Assembly (NCBI GenBank): GCA_031285625.1
Contig: JAITVV010000056.1
Location: 32,001 to 96,000, forward strand
DNA: 64,000 nucleotides
Origin: Prevotella sp.
GTDB lineage: Bacteria; Bacteroidota; Bacteroidia; Bacteroidales; Dysgonomonadaceae
Direction: 5' to 3'
The position numbers and the translations under genes were made by a program. Below, in pieces: positions 10,324 through 20,086 of the stretch (its first letter is position 1; each line of letters starts with the position of its first letter). Under the pieces are notes generated by a model. The model was not told the origin of the DNA and did not search any database. It worked only from the letters and a program-made list of their open reading frames with translations.

Positions 10324-12534
10324 TTAGCTCAACCTGCTGATTTCCTTCACTCCTTTTACAGTTTTTAGTTTCTTTATCAGGCCATTCAGCATATCTGTAT
10401 TATTCAGCATAACAGAGATATTTCCATGGAACAACCCGTCATTAGAATCAATACTGATGGAACGCATGCTGATTCCTGTTTCCTTAGCAATAATAGAAGT
10501 CAGATTGTTGATAATTCCAATATCATCATTTCCTATTACCCTCAAGGTCACAGTATAAGTAGAACCAGATTTGCCTGACCATTTAGCCGGAATCACACGA
10601 TAAGCAAATCTGGAAAACATATCTTTTGCATTCGGGCAGTTCTTACGGTGAATCTTTATACCTTGAGAGGAAACGAATCCGAATATCTCATCACCATAGA
10701 TGGGATTGCAGCATTTTGCCAACTTATAATCCACACCTGTCAGATTCTGATCTATTATCAGCTCCTCCTTATTTACAGAATCTTTTTTGGTTTCCGGCGT
10801 ATGGACAACATAGTTTTCAGCGCTTATAGCTTCATGTCTTTCGTGTTGTTCGGTTTCCTTTTTTTCCAATTCCAAATACTGATCGATAACTGTATTTATA
10901 TCAAGGCTCTCCTCCGCTATTTTGATATAAAAATCCGTAATCGTCTTAAAACCGAGTTTTTTAATCAGCCGCATCATTATCGATTCGTTGATCTCTATCT
11001 TGCGGTTTTTTACACGACGTTTAAGCTGTTCTTTCGCTATCTCAACCTGCTTATTGGCTTCTTCTTTAAGGCTTTGACGAATCTTATTTTTAGCCTTCGA
11101 GGTAACTACAAAGTTTAGCCAATCTTGCTTCGGGGACTGATTTGGAGAAGTAAGTATCTCTATCTGGTCTCCATTTTTCAACTTATGGCGGATAGAAACA
11201 TTTCTGCCATTTACTTTACCCGAAACACAAGTAGAACCGACACGGGAGTGGATAGAAAATGCAAAATCAAGAATAGTAGCGCCGTAAGGCAGTTTATGCA
11301 AATCACCTTTTGGAGTAAATACATAAATCTCATCTTCATACAGATCCAGTTTGAAATTTTCCAGTTTCTCTCCGGTATCCAGATTTTTATTCTCCAGCAT
11401 TTCACGTAAACCGGTTAACCAGTCATCCATTTTCGACTGGCTTTTCACCCCTTTGTACTTCCAGTGGGCGGCAAGTCCACGTTCTGCTATTTCATCCATA
11501 CGCCTTGTACGTATCTGTACTTCTACCCAACGCGACTCATTACCCATCACAGTGGTGTGCAACGATTCATAGCCATTACTCTTTGGTATAGACAACCAAT
11601 CCTTCAATCTCTTCGGGTTTGGAGTATACAAATCAGCTACTATAGAATATACTTGCCAACACTCAGCCTTTTCTCTTTCTATAGGGGAGTCCAGAATAAT
11701 ACGTATAGCAAATAAATCATATATGGATTCGAAATCAATCTTTTGCTTCTTCAATTTATTATTGATAGAGGAGATAGATTTTACCCGGCCCTTTATATCA
11801 TATTTCAGTCCGGTTTCTTTTAATTTCTCATCTACAGGAGCAATAAACTCAGCAATATATTTGTCACGCGAAGCCTTGCTTTCACTTATTTTTCCTAGTA
11901 TAAAATCATATGCCTCCCGATCTGTATACCTTAAATAAAGGTCTTCCAGTTCGGTCTTAATATTATACAATCCCAACTTGTGGGCAAGTGGTGTATACAG
12001 ATAAGAGATTTCTATGGCCAGTTGCAAACGGTATTGTTCACTATATTTTTCAGCATTACGAATACGATGCAGACGGCTTGCAATCTTGATAAGGATTACC
12101 CGCATATCCTCTGCTAATGTAATCAGCAGATTGATATAATTATCCGAAGCAATGGCTGATTCGGTTACTTCCAGTGCATTGATCTTCATCAGACCAGTTA
12201 CAATATTAGCTATATCTTCACCGAAGATATTTGTAACCTCATCTATCATTACAGACTTATGCATAACCGGACGATAAAGGAGCAAGCCCAAAATAGCTGC
12301 ACTTTTCAATCCCAATTCTTCCATAAGTATGATACTTGTACTTACAGTAAGATCTGTGATGCTGCCTATTTTTTCATCTTTCTTATATACACCGTCCGCC
12401 AAGGCTTTTTTCACTACCTTTCTAACTTTCAGAAGTTCTTCTTTTGTCAGATTAGTATCTAACCCGTTCATCAGTCGTTTAAACTTAGAATAGGTTAATC
12501 CGGCATCATTATATGTGGGGTAACTATTGTTCAT
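10324..12534 (-). CDS. relA: Long RelA/SpoT homolog (ppGpp synthetase, TGS, ACT domains)
   Basis: GRVKS, DLFAIRII, RLKDW, NGYESLHT, EVQIRT, AAHWKYK, TGS (DFAFSIH), AKCCNP, ACT; HD motif degenerate. Confidence 0.9.
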   Translation of the reverse strand: MNNSYPTYNDAGLTYSKFKRLMNGLDTNLTKEELLKVRKVVKKALADGVYKKDEKIGSITDLTVSTSIILMEELGLKSAAILGLLLYRPVMHKSVMIDEVTNIFGEDIANIVTGLMKINALEVTESAIASDNYINLLITLAEDMRVILIKIASRLHRIRNAEKYSEQYRLQLAIEISYLYTPLAHKLGLYNIKTELEDLYLRYTDREAYDFILGKISESKASRDKYIAEFIAPVDEKLKETGLKYDIKGRVKSISSINNKLKKQKIDFESIYDLFAIRIILDSPIEREKAECWQVYSIVADLYTPNPKRLKDWLSIPKSNGYESLHTTVMGNESRWVEVQIRTRRMDEIAERGLAAHWKYKGVKSQSKMDDWLTGLREMLENKNLDTGEKLENFKLDLYEDEIYVFTPKGDLHKLPYGATILDFAFSIHSRVGSTCVSGKVNGRNVSIRHKLKNGDQIEILTSPNQSPKQDWLNFVVTSKAKNKIRQSLKEEANKQVEIAKEQLKRRVKNRKIEINESIMMRLIKKLGFKTITDFYIKIAEESLDINTVIDQYLELEKKETEQHERHEAISAENYVVHTPETKKDSVNKEELIIDQNLTGVDYKLAKCCNPIYGDEIFGFVSSQGIKIHRKNCPNAKDMFSRFAYRVIPAKWSGKSGSTYTVTLRVIGNDDIGIINNLTSIIAKETGISMRSISIDSNDGLFHGNISVMLNNTDMLNGLIKKLKTVKGVKEISRLS

Positions 12535-12790
12535 TTTTAGCTATTATTCTAATTCAAATAATAAATTGACAACCATTAGATATTATAACTAACAAACTGT
12601 TATAATTATTCGACAGTAAAATTAACTCTTTTTTGAAAGCGGAGTGCGTTTTTTATAATAGATGTTTTTATTTTTTCATATTTAGAAACTTTATGCTTTT
12701 CACGGACAATTTAGTCAATAAAGCATTTTAACTTTGCTTTCATTAAGATATAACAATCAAACCAGTTAAAAGATTATAATTTGAATTAGT

Positions 12791-13405
12791 ATGAAAACAA
12801 ATGATTATGCTAAACTTGAGAAAGACTATGACTTTAAGAGAAGTTACCTAAACAAAACGTTATGGTGGAAAAGCATACTTATGATTGCTCCTATTTGCTT
12901 TCTATTCGCCGGACTGGTAGGAATACTATATCTGTTTAATAGTGATTTGCTGGTTTCTTTCTATACTATACCTTACCTTATACTCTTTGTAATAGGGACT
13001 ATCTGGCTTAAAGCTATGAAGAAGCATATACAAAAAGCAGCAATGGCAAAAGAAGGTGCCTTCCATGTGTGTCTGGCAGCTTCTGTTGGAGATAAGGATG
13101 GTTACACCTATGCCATCTTTGTAAATAACACACGCAGATATGACAAATATTACATAACCAATCTGGCCAAGGAAATCTCGCTTCATGATATTTTGGCAAA
13201 AAATAATGCGCCCTTTAAAAAAGAGGCTATTATGATTCATGATGAAGAAAGTGATACGGATATGTATATGCGGGCGTATCAAAAAAAAGAAATAGCAAAG
13301 AAAAATATAGGATGGAGTACCGACGAAGGATATTTCCCTGTATTATATATTAACGATAAAGATGTTCCTGTTATAAAAAGAAAAGATTTAACCAGTAAAT
13401 TATAA
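12791..13405 (+). CDS. Hypothetical membrane protein (2 TM)
   Basis: 204-aa ORF with two N-terminal hydrophobic helices; TAACTTTG -7 box upstream. Confidence 0.7.
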   Translation: MKTNDYAKLEKDYDFKRSYLNKTLWWKSILMIAPICFLFAGLVGILYLFNSDLLVSFYTIPYLILFVIGTIWLKAMKKHIQKAAMAKEGAFHVCLAASVGDKDGYTYAIFVNNTRRYDKYYITNLAKEISLHDILAKNNAPFKKEAIMIHDEESDTDMYMRAYQKKEIAKKNIGWSTDEGYFPVLYINDKDVPVIKRKDLTSKL

Positions 13406-13478
13406 TTCAATTTCATTTTAACAGAAATTTCACAAGTCTTTTATACCTTTGATGCTCAAAGTTTCAAATTTGTAACTC

Positions 13479-14735
13479 ATGGCTCAAAAAGATTCACAAG
13501 ACAAGAAATTCGCCACTCGTATTATTAGCGAAAAATACACAAAGAAAGATATACATGGAGCTATTTCTTTACCTATCTATCGTAATGCTGCTTTTGAATT
13601 TCCCGATTCGGAAAGCATAGCCGCTGCCTTTCAGTATAAAGAAGAGATTGCATCACATACTTATACACGAATAACAAATCCATCGGTAGAAAACCTCGAA
13701 CGAAAAATAAAAGCTGCTTCAGGAGCAGATAATGTTATGATGGTTGCTTCAGGAATGGCAGCGATATCAAATACATTCTTCACCTTGGCTTATGCCGGAA
13801 GTAATATTGTCACATCGCCTCATTTGTTTGGAAATACATTTTCCTTTTTCAAGTTCACTTTAGCTGCCTTTGGTGTAGAAGTACGCTTTGTAAATACGGA
13901 CAATCTGGAAGAGATTGCAGCAGCGATAGATGAAAACACATGTGCTTTCTTTTGCGAACTGATAACAAACCCGCATCTGGAAGTTGCTGATCTTCCTGAG
14001 ATTTCAAAAATATTAAGATTAAGGAATATACCTATGATAGTAGATACTACAATCGTTCCATGGTGTGGTTTTGATGCACGAAAGGCAGGAGTAGATATCG
14101 AAGTCGTCTCTACAACTAAATATGTCTCTGGTGGAGCAACCAGTATAGGCGGGGCAATACTGGATTATGGTACTTTCAACTGGGCTCATAGTAAACGGTT
14201 AGCTAATGTGACCAGAACAGAGACAATGTCACAATTCTCTTTCAAACTAAAACGCGAAATAGCGCGTAATATCGGTGCTGCAATGGATCCTGACACTGCC
14301 TACCAACAAGCGTTGGGCATGGAAACATTACAGCTCAGATTTGAAAAAATGTCCGAAACAGCTTATCAATTAGCTCTCTTTTTATCAGAACAAGATAAGA
14401 TTGTCAAAGTAGGATACACAAAGTTGGAGAGCTCTCAATACAAACAAATTTCTGATAAACTATTCACTGGTAATCCTGGGGCAATGCTTACTTTCAGTTT
14501 AGGCAGCAGAGAAGCCTGTTTTAAATTTATGGATCGATTGCAGATTATTCGCCGTGCAACAAATCTTTTTGATAATAAAACATTAATAATACATCCCGAA
14601 TCAACTATTTATGGATCTTTCTCTCCTGAGATAAAAAAAATAATGGGTATTGAAGACAATTTAATGCGCTTATCTGTAGGGCTCGAAGATATTGATGACC
14701 TGCAATCCGATATTTTACAAGCATTAAGTCAATAA
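13479..14735 (+). CDS. PLP-dependent Cys/Met metabolism enzyme (O-acylhomoserine sulfhydrylase family)
   Basis: YTRITNPS, ASGMAAI, STTKYVSG (PLP lysine), RLSVGLEDIDDL. Confidence 0.88.
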   Translation: MAQKDSQDKKFATRIISEKYTKKDIHGAISLPIYRNAAFEFPDSESIAAAFQYKEEIASHTYTRITNPSVENLERKIKAASGADNVMMVASGMAAISNTFFTLAYAGSNIVTSPHLFGNTFSFFKFTLAAFGVEVRFVNTDNLEEIAAAIDENTCAFFCELITNPHLEVADLPEISKILRLRNIPMIVDTTIVPWCGFDARKAGVDIEVVSTTKYVSGGATSIGGAILDYGTFNWAHSKRLANVTRTETMSQFSFKLKREIARNIGAAMDPDTAYQQALGMETLQLRFEKMSETAYQLALFLSEQDKIVKVGYTKLESSQYKQISDKLFTGNPGAMLTFSLGSREACFKFMDRLQIIRRATNLFDNKTLIIHPESTIYGSFSPEIKKIMGIEDNLMRLSVGLEDIDDLQSDILQALSQ

Positions 14736-14740
14736 TAATC

Positions 14741-15038
14741 ACGAATGAAACTTACACAAACTATATTTCAATATGCTGTTATCATGGACTTATTATTGTA
14801 AAGAAAAATGGGAAATACGGATTTCTTGATAAGGAGAGAAAACTGGCAATCCCTTGCATATATGATTATGCAGTCTTATGGGGGAATATGCATATGTTGA
14901 GCAAGGTGGCTTATCTTATTACGGCATTGAATGAAAAACATAAGTTATATTCGCATAATCTTTTCTTTCACAAAAAAAGCCGGATATTCTTTAGCCAATG
15001 GGGAGGAATACGACTTTGATGGAAATCTGATCCCTTAA
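14741..15038 (+). pseudogene. Degenerate WG-repeat (beta-repeat) gene remnant
   Basis: Start-less frame encodes GLIIVKKNGKYGFLDKERKLAIPCIYDYA (WG-repeat pattern); another frame ends GYSLANGEEYDFDGNLIP*. Confidence 0.6.
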
Positions 15039-15189
15039 AGAAAGACTAAAAACCATCTTAACTGACGTTAAATTTACACAGTATAAATATATTATTTATA
15101 CAATAATAATAATCTTATTCAAAGAAAAGTAGTACTTTTGTGACCTGATTAAATGAAACTCGAAAAATCCGGGCTAAAGAGCTGATATA

Positions 15190-15618
15190 ATGAAGATATT
15201 GATACTAAATGGGCCAAATTTAAATTTGTTAGGAAAACGGGAACCCGATGTCTATGGGGATACATCTTTCGAGACGTATTTTGCCCGTTTACAACAGATA
15301 TATCCCAATTGTGATCTATCTTACTTTCAGTCCAATCACGAAGGTGCTATAATAGACAAAATTCACGAAACAGGATTTTCATACGATGGTATTGTGCTCA
15401 ATGCCGGAGCATATACACATACATCTATTGCTATCCATGATGCCATAAAAGCGGTGAAGGCACCTGTAATCGAAGTCCATATCTCAAATATTCACACACG
15501 AGAGGAATTTCGGCACAATTCTATGATCGCTGCCGCCTGTAAAGGCTCTGTTATCGGATTGGGTTTACTATCATATGAGCTTGCGATTGATTTTTTCCTG
15601 AAAAAGGAAGAAATGTGA
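15190..15618 (+). CDS. aroQ: Type II 3-dehydroquinate dehydratase
   Basis: LNGPNLNLLGKREP, FQSNHEG, NAGAYTHTS, EVHISNIHTREEFRH. Confidence 0.97.
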   Translation: MKILILNGPNLNLLGKREPDVYGDTSFETYFARLQQIYPNCDLSYFQSNHEGAIIDKIHETGFSYDGIVLNAGAYTHTSIAIHDAIKAVKAPVIEVHISNIHTREEFRHNSMIAAACKGSVIGLGLLSYELAIDFFLKKEEM

Positions 15619-15720
15619 AGTCGCACGATAAAATAACGTTTTAAATGGAGTATCTTAAAATATAAGCCATATTAAAGCGGTTAATGTAATTGAACTATAT
15701 ATTTAAATAATAATCCATTT

Positions 15721-17187
15721 ATGACTCAGAAAAAAACGAAAATTGTAGCTACAATTTCAGACATGCGTTGTGATGTTGATTTTCTTCAATCACTATACAA
15801 TGAAGGAATCAATGTTGTAAGAATGAACTCTGCTCACATGACAGAAGAAGGGTTCGTTAAAGTAATGACTAATGTACGTGCAGTATCCTCTCACATTGGT
15901 ATTATGATGGATACCAAAGGACCGGAAATCCGTACAACAGCTACAGCTTCAGGTGAAAAAATTGCAGTTAAAACTGGCGACAAAATTAAAGTAATAGGAG
16001 ACATAAACTTCCTTTCTACTCCTGAACAAATTTCATTATCTTATCCAAGTATCGTTGAAGATGTACCTGTAGGCAGTACACTCTTGATAGACGATGGTGA
16101 GACAGCAATGAAAGTTATTGACAAAACTGCAGACTACCTGCTTTGCGAAGTACAAAATGATGGTACAATCGGAAGCCGTAAAAGCGTTAATATCCCGGGA
16201 GTAAAAGTAAATCTTCCTTCTATCACAGAAAAAGATAAAAGAAGTATTGAAATCGCTATCAAAAACAATGCAGACTTTATTGCTCACTCATTTGTGAGAA
16301 ACAAACAAGATGTATTGGATGTACAAAAAATTCTGGATGAACATAACAGCTCTATTAAAATCATCGCTAAAATAGAAAACCAGGAAGGTGTTGATAACAT
16401 CGACGAAATCTATGAAACCGCTTATGGTGTGATGGTTGCCCGTGGAGACTTAGGTATAGAAGTTCCACAGGAAAAAATACCAGGAATCCAACGGTTACTT
16501 ATCCGTAAAGCTGTAGAATACAAAAAACCGGTTATTGTAGCAACTCAGATGTTACATACAATGATCGAAAATCCACGTCCAACACGCGCAGAGGTAACAG
16601 ATATTGCAAATGCAGTATATTATGGTACTGACGCAGTAATGTTAAGTGGTGAAACAGCATATGGTAAATATCCTGTTGAAGCTGTTCGCGCAATGGCTCA
16701 GATTGCAGCTGCTGCAGAGCAATCTAAACTGGATGAAAAAGCAATGCCTGTTCCTTTCAAAGATAAAGAATATGGAAGAACTTCATTCCTTGCAAAACAA
16801 GCGGTGAAATCTTGTAACCAACTAGGTGTTAAAGCTATTGTAACAGATAGTATGACAGGCCGTACAGCACGTACACTTGCTGCATTCCGTAGCAAATGTC
16901 CGGTATACGCATTCTGTAATAGAGAAGAAGTTGCACGTTGGTTATCACTTAGCTATGGTGTGGATCCACATTTCCAGGAAGATGCTGGTCTTACTAAAAA
17001 CCACAAAGAATATTTCATGAGAGCCCTAAACCAACTTCAGCTAGACGGAGTATTAAGTGCAGGTGATTATGTAACATACCTAAGCGGTTCTTTCTCTGAC
17101 GGTAAAGGTGGTACATCTTTCCTTGAGATAGAAAAAGTAGGTTCTGTAATGGAACAAGGCGAGAAATATTTCGTGCCAGTAGACTAA
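15721..17187 (+). CDS. pyk: Pyruvate kinase
   Basis: KTKIVAT, DTKGPEIRT, IAKIEN, MVARGDLG, ATQML, MLSGETA. Confidence 0.98.
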   Translation: MTQKKTKIVATISDMRCDVDFLQSLYNEGINVVRMNSAHMTEEGFVKVMTNVRAVSSHIGIMMDTKGPEIRTTATASGEKIAVKTGDKIKVIGDINFLSTPEQISLSYPSIVEDVPVGSTLLIDDGETAMKVIDKTADYLLCEVQNDGTIGSRKSVNIPGVKVNLPSITEKDKRSIEIAIKNNADFIAHSFVRNKQDVLDVQKILDEHNSSIKIIAKIENQEGVDNIDEIYETAYGVMVARGDLGIEVPQEKIPGIQRLLIRKAVEYKKPVIVATQMLHTMIENPRPTRAEVTDIANAVYYGTDAVMLSGETAYGKYPVEAVRAMAQIAAAAEQSKLDEKAMPVPFKDKEYGRTSFLAKQAVKSCNQLGVKAIVTDSMTGRTARTLAAFRSKCPVYAFCNREEVARWLSLSYGVDPHFQEDAGLTKNHKEYFMRALNQLQLDGVLSAGDYVTYLSGSFSDGKGGTSFLEIEKVGSVMEQGEKYFVPVD

Positions 17188-17204
17188 TATTTAGTTCCAT
17201 ATAA

Positions 17205-17238
17205 AAATAAAGGGTGTCCGTAAGACACCCTTTATTTA
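17205..17238. terminator. Bidirectional intrinsic terminator (pyk / cupin)
   Basis: AAATAAAGGGTGTC-cgtaa-GACACCCTTTATTT between convergent genes. Confidence 0.85.
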
Positions 17239-17589
17239 TTCAAAATCTGTTCTATCGTTAGTTGTATCGTTATCAGGCTGAGAAACGAGTAAGAAATCGA
17301 TAGGCTCCGAAGTTTCATTTGCAATATAATGCTTCACCATAGGCTCTATCAATATCCCCTGTTGCTCGTTAACAATTTCCGGCTCACCCTCTACATAAAA
17401 TACAGCCGAACCTTTCAATACAAAAAAGAATTGCCTTGCAAAAGAGTGACAATGTAATGTTTCTCTTGTTCCGGCCGGCATCGTTTCAATCTTCACAGAT
17501 AAAGAATCCCTGTTCATCAGGATCCAACTGCTACACTTGTCACCCCAAAAATAATGAGGTGCTGAATTTTTATCCACTGCTCTACCCAT
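17236..17589 (-). CDS. Cupin domain protein
   Basis: LHCH...QFFFVLKG and PMVKHYI cupin motifs. Confidence 0.85.
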   Translation of the reverse strand: MGRAVDKNSAPHYFWGDKCSSWILMNRDSLSVKIETMPAGTRETLHCHSFARQFFFVLKGSAVFYVEGEPEIVNEQQGILIEPMVKHYIANETSEPIDFLLVSQPDNDTTNDRTDFE

Positions 17590-17707
17590 AATTTTAGAAT
17601 TTAAAAAGTAACAATATGCTAAATTTAAGAAAATTATTGAATAATCTTGTTTTTTATTCGAGATAATTACTAAATAAATATCTTAGTTTTGTAGCTTACT
17701 TATTCTT

Positions 17708-17938
17708 ATGTATATTATGACACGAAAGGAATTAATACAATTAGTAGAAGAAATTTTGGATGTGGAAAAATATTCTGAGGAGCAAATAGATCATATGCTG
17801 GAAGTATTACACAGAAATGTACCCCACCCTGCAGTCACAGACCTGATCTATTGGGATGATCTCACTCCCGAAGAAATAATAGATAAAGCATTAGATTATA
17901 AACCTATCCAAATTATAACAAGACATGTCGCTAGATAA
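17708..17938 (+). CDS. Colicin/pyocin DNase-type bacteriocin immunity family protein (start may be 17717)
   Basis: MTRKELIQLVEEI..., HPAVTDLIYW resembles Im7/Im9 HPxGSDLIYY helix III motif; TPEEII. Confidence 0.75.
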   Translation: MYIMTRKELIQLVEEILDVEKYSEEQIDHMLEVLHRNVPHPAVTDLIYWDDLTPEEIIDKALDYKPIQIITRHVAR

Positions 17939-18569
17939 AGACGAAGCCATAGAAAATTATATCCTTTCGCATATTGATGAGGAAGGCGAATTACTGAAAC
18001 AACTAAACAGGGACGCTCATGTAAATCTGCTCAAGCCGCGAATGCTCTCAGGGCATTTGCAAGGGCGTATGCTCAAGATGTTTTGCCGGATGATACAGCC
18101 TAAATATATATTGGAAATAGGGACTTATACGGCTTATGCTACTCTATGCCTTGCCGAAGGCGCTACTGACGATGCTGAAATACATACACTGGAAGTAAAT
18201 GACGAGTTGGAGGATTTTATCATTAAATACCTGCACAAAACAAAGCTGAAAGATAAAATTCACCTGCATATAGGCGATGCTATGGAAATCATTCCAAAGA
18301 TAGACCGCACTTTCGACCTTGTATTTATCGATGCCAACAAGCGGCATTATATTGAATATTATAACCTTATTTTCGATAATGTGCGTCCGGGCGGGCTCAT
18401 TATTGCCGATAATACCCTCTGGGACGGGCATGTACTGGAAACGCCAAAACCATCAGACAAGCAAACAATAGGTATACAGCAATTTAATGATATGCTGGCA
18501 AAGGACGACAGAGTAGAAAAAGTGATTCTGCCTGTACGGGATGGACTGACATTAATCTGGAAAAAATAA
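17925..18569 (+). CDS. SAM-dependent O-methyltransferase (CCoAOMT/TrmR-like family)
   Basis: MLSGHLQG, LEIGTYT, FDLVFIDANK, IADNTLW, LPVRDGL. Confidence 0.92.
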   Translation: MSLDKDEAIENYILSHIDEEGELLKQLNRDAHVNLLKPRMLSGHLQGRMLKMFCRMIQPKYILEIGTYTAYATLCLAEGATDDAEIHTLEVNDELEDFIIKYLHKTKLKDKIHLHIGDAMEIIPKIDRTFDLVFIDANKRHYIEYYNLIFDNVRPGGLIIADNTLWDGHVLETPKPSDKQTIGIQQFNDMLAKDDRVEKVILPVRDGLTLIWKK

Positions 18570-18601
18570 ATAAATCATACTATTTTAATTATTATTTTAC
18601 C

Positions 18602-18639
18602 CTACGCAAAAACACTGCACAGCCGACTATTTACCTTTG
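18602..18639 (+). promoter_or_regulatory. Bacteroidetes sigma-A-type -7 box with upstream imperfect palindrome
   Basis: TACCTTTG at 18632-18639; CTACGCA-N7-TGCACAG at 18602-18622. Confidence 0.55.
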
Positions 18640-18656
18640 TGACATAAGCCATAAAA

Positions 18657-19988
18657 ATGATGGAAAAGTTATACCAAACAATAAAACAAAGGAGAAGACC
18701 TGAAGATATAGCCCAGATGATTCTGGATATTCAGGGAGATAACTTAAATGCTAAGGAAAGGAAGATTCTGGATAAAGCCGCTTCCGGTTCCATAAAAAAA
18801 AGCATCTGGGGATATAGTTCTATGGCTATGTACTTTGCAGAGCCAATAGGGGCAAAAAAGCAAATAGAAAAGGCAATCGAGCTATTTAAACTGGAAACAA
18901 ACGAATCGTTATACGATCCCAATAATATAGAAAGCATCCGTGCATTTATCTCTACAGTCTCCTCTGTATTAAAAAAAGAAGAAGGGGCAAACAATTTCTT
19001 AGCCGACAGGATGAATAAAGAGGCACGCAAAGAATCCGGGCTCGATTTATCCAAAAGAGCATATAATAAAAGATGGCGTTTGTTGAAAAGATTGGAAAAT
19101 AAACTATTGAAATTTATAAGAGAAAACCGCAAAGCTGAATTTCAGAAGATAGCTAAACATGGCATAATACATCGGTTAGATTATAATACTTTTGCATCTG
19201 ATACTGATTCAGCCTGTTTTATTGCTTACTATACATCCAGATGTAACTTGCGGAGTGAGTTTACAATTTATGGACAACAAAGAGCCTTTGACGAAATCAG
19301 CGAAATGCTTTATAATCGTTGTATTAATAACCAAAACACGAATTGGTGGGCTATATCCCAGGTTTATCCTGCCATCGATGTTTTGAAGAACCTGAGCGAT
19401 GAACAAAAAGGGATTTTGCTAGGCGAATGGACTTCCATACTGAAAGATATATCCGCTTTGCTGGAAGAGGTATGGAACTCAAATCAGATTAACAGGAAAT
19501 CGATGGTTGTCAGAAAAGGGAACGATTCCACAACCTGGAACAATACAGCCGGAGCATGGAATAAATCGCGGGATAACTGGATGAACCTGATTTATGCAAT
19601 GGGCATGGACGATATTCTGGATACCATCTGCTTTGGGAAGGTATTGCGATTAATGGCTGGCGATGTAGTTTACTGGCATATGAGCACCGGAGGAAAATTA
19701 GACCCCAACACAGATGTATGGAACAGTGTTCCTCTGCCTTGGGAAGTATTTGAAGGAAAAGCAGTTTGTAACCGAAAAATAATTGCGGATAGCTGCAAAA
19801 AGGCAGGACTAAACCCTGAAAAATCGGGGTGGATAGCGCCACGTGAACATAGGGCCGTACCTTTCAGACCTACACCGGAACTGGTACATGGGGTTACAGT
19901 CAGCAATCCATTTCTTGCAGACATACTGAAAAAAGAAGGCTGGTTTTCAGGAAAGCCTGCAAAGAACAAAAAATGGTTTTGGAACTAA
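18657..19988 (+). CDS. Hypothetical protein, 443 aa, basic and Trp-rich, no recognised domain
   Basis: Long ORF with its own promoter; motifs RRRPEDIA, SRCNLRSEFT, TWNNTAGAWNKSRDNW, LRLMAGDVVYWH, RPTPELVHGV; no signal peptide or TM segment. Confidence 0.85.
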   Translation: MMEKLYQTIKQRRRPEDIAQMILDIQGDNLNAKERKILDKAASGSIKKSIWGYSSMAMYFAEPIGAKKQIEKAIELFKLETNESLYDPNNIESIRAFISTVSSVLKKEEGANNFLADRMNKEARKESGLDLSKRAYNKRWRLLKRLENKLLKFIRENRKAEFQKIAKHGIIHRLDYNTFASDTDSACFIAYYTSRCNLRSEFTIYGQQRAFDEISEMLYNRCINNQNTNWWAISQVYPAIDVLKNLSDEQKGILLGEWTSILKDISALLEEVWNSNQINRKSMVVRKGNDSTTWNNTAGAWNKSRDNWMNLIYAMGMDDILDTICFGKVLRLMAGDVVYWHMSTGGKLDPNTDVWNSVPLPWEVFEGKAVCNRKIIADSCKKAGLNPEKSGWIAPREHRAVPFRPTPELVHGVTVSNPFLADILKKEGWFSGKPAKNKKWFWN

Positions 19989-19991
19989 GGG

Positions 19992-20064
19992 AGTAAGTTA
20001 GCTCAGTGGCAGAGCGTCCGGCTCTTTATCCGGATGGACACAGGTTCGAGCCCTGTACTTACTC
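19992..20064 (+). tRNA. tRNA-like gene 1, 8-nt anticodon loop CUCUUUAU (Lys-UUU-like plus extra C)
   Basis: Cloverleaf by hand: acceptor AGTAAGT/ACTTACT, U8A9, D arm GCTC-AGTGGCA-GAGC, anticodon stem TCCGG/CCGGA, variable TGGAC, T arm ACAGG-TTCGAGC-CCTGT; no CCA. Confidence 0.85.
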
Positions 20065-20086
20065 TTTTTTTAAGATATTACAATAA

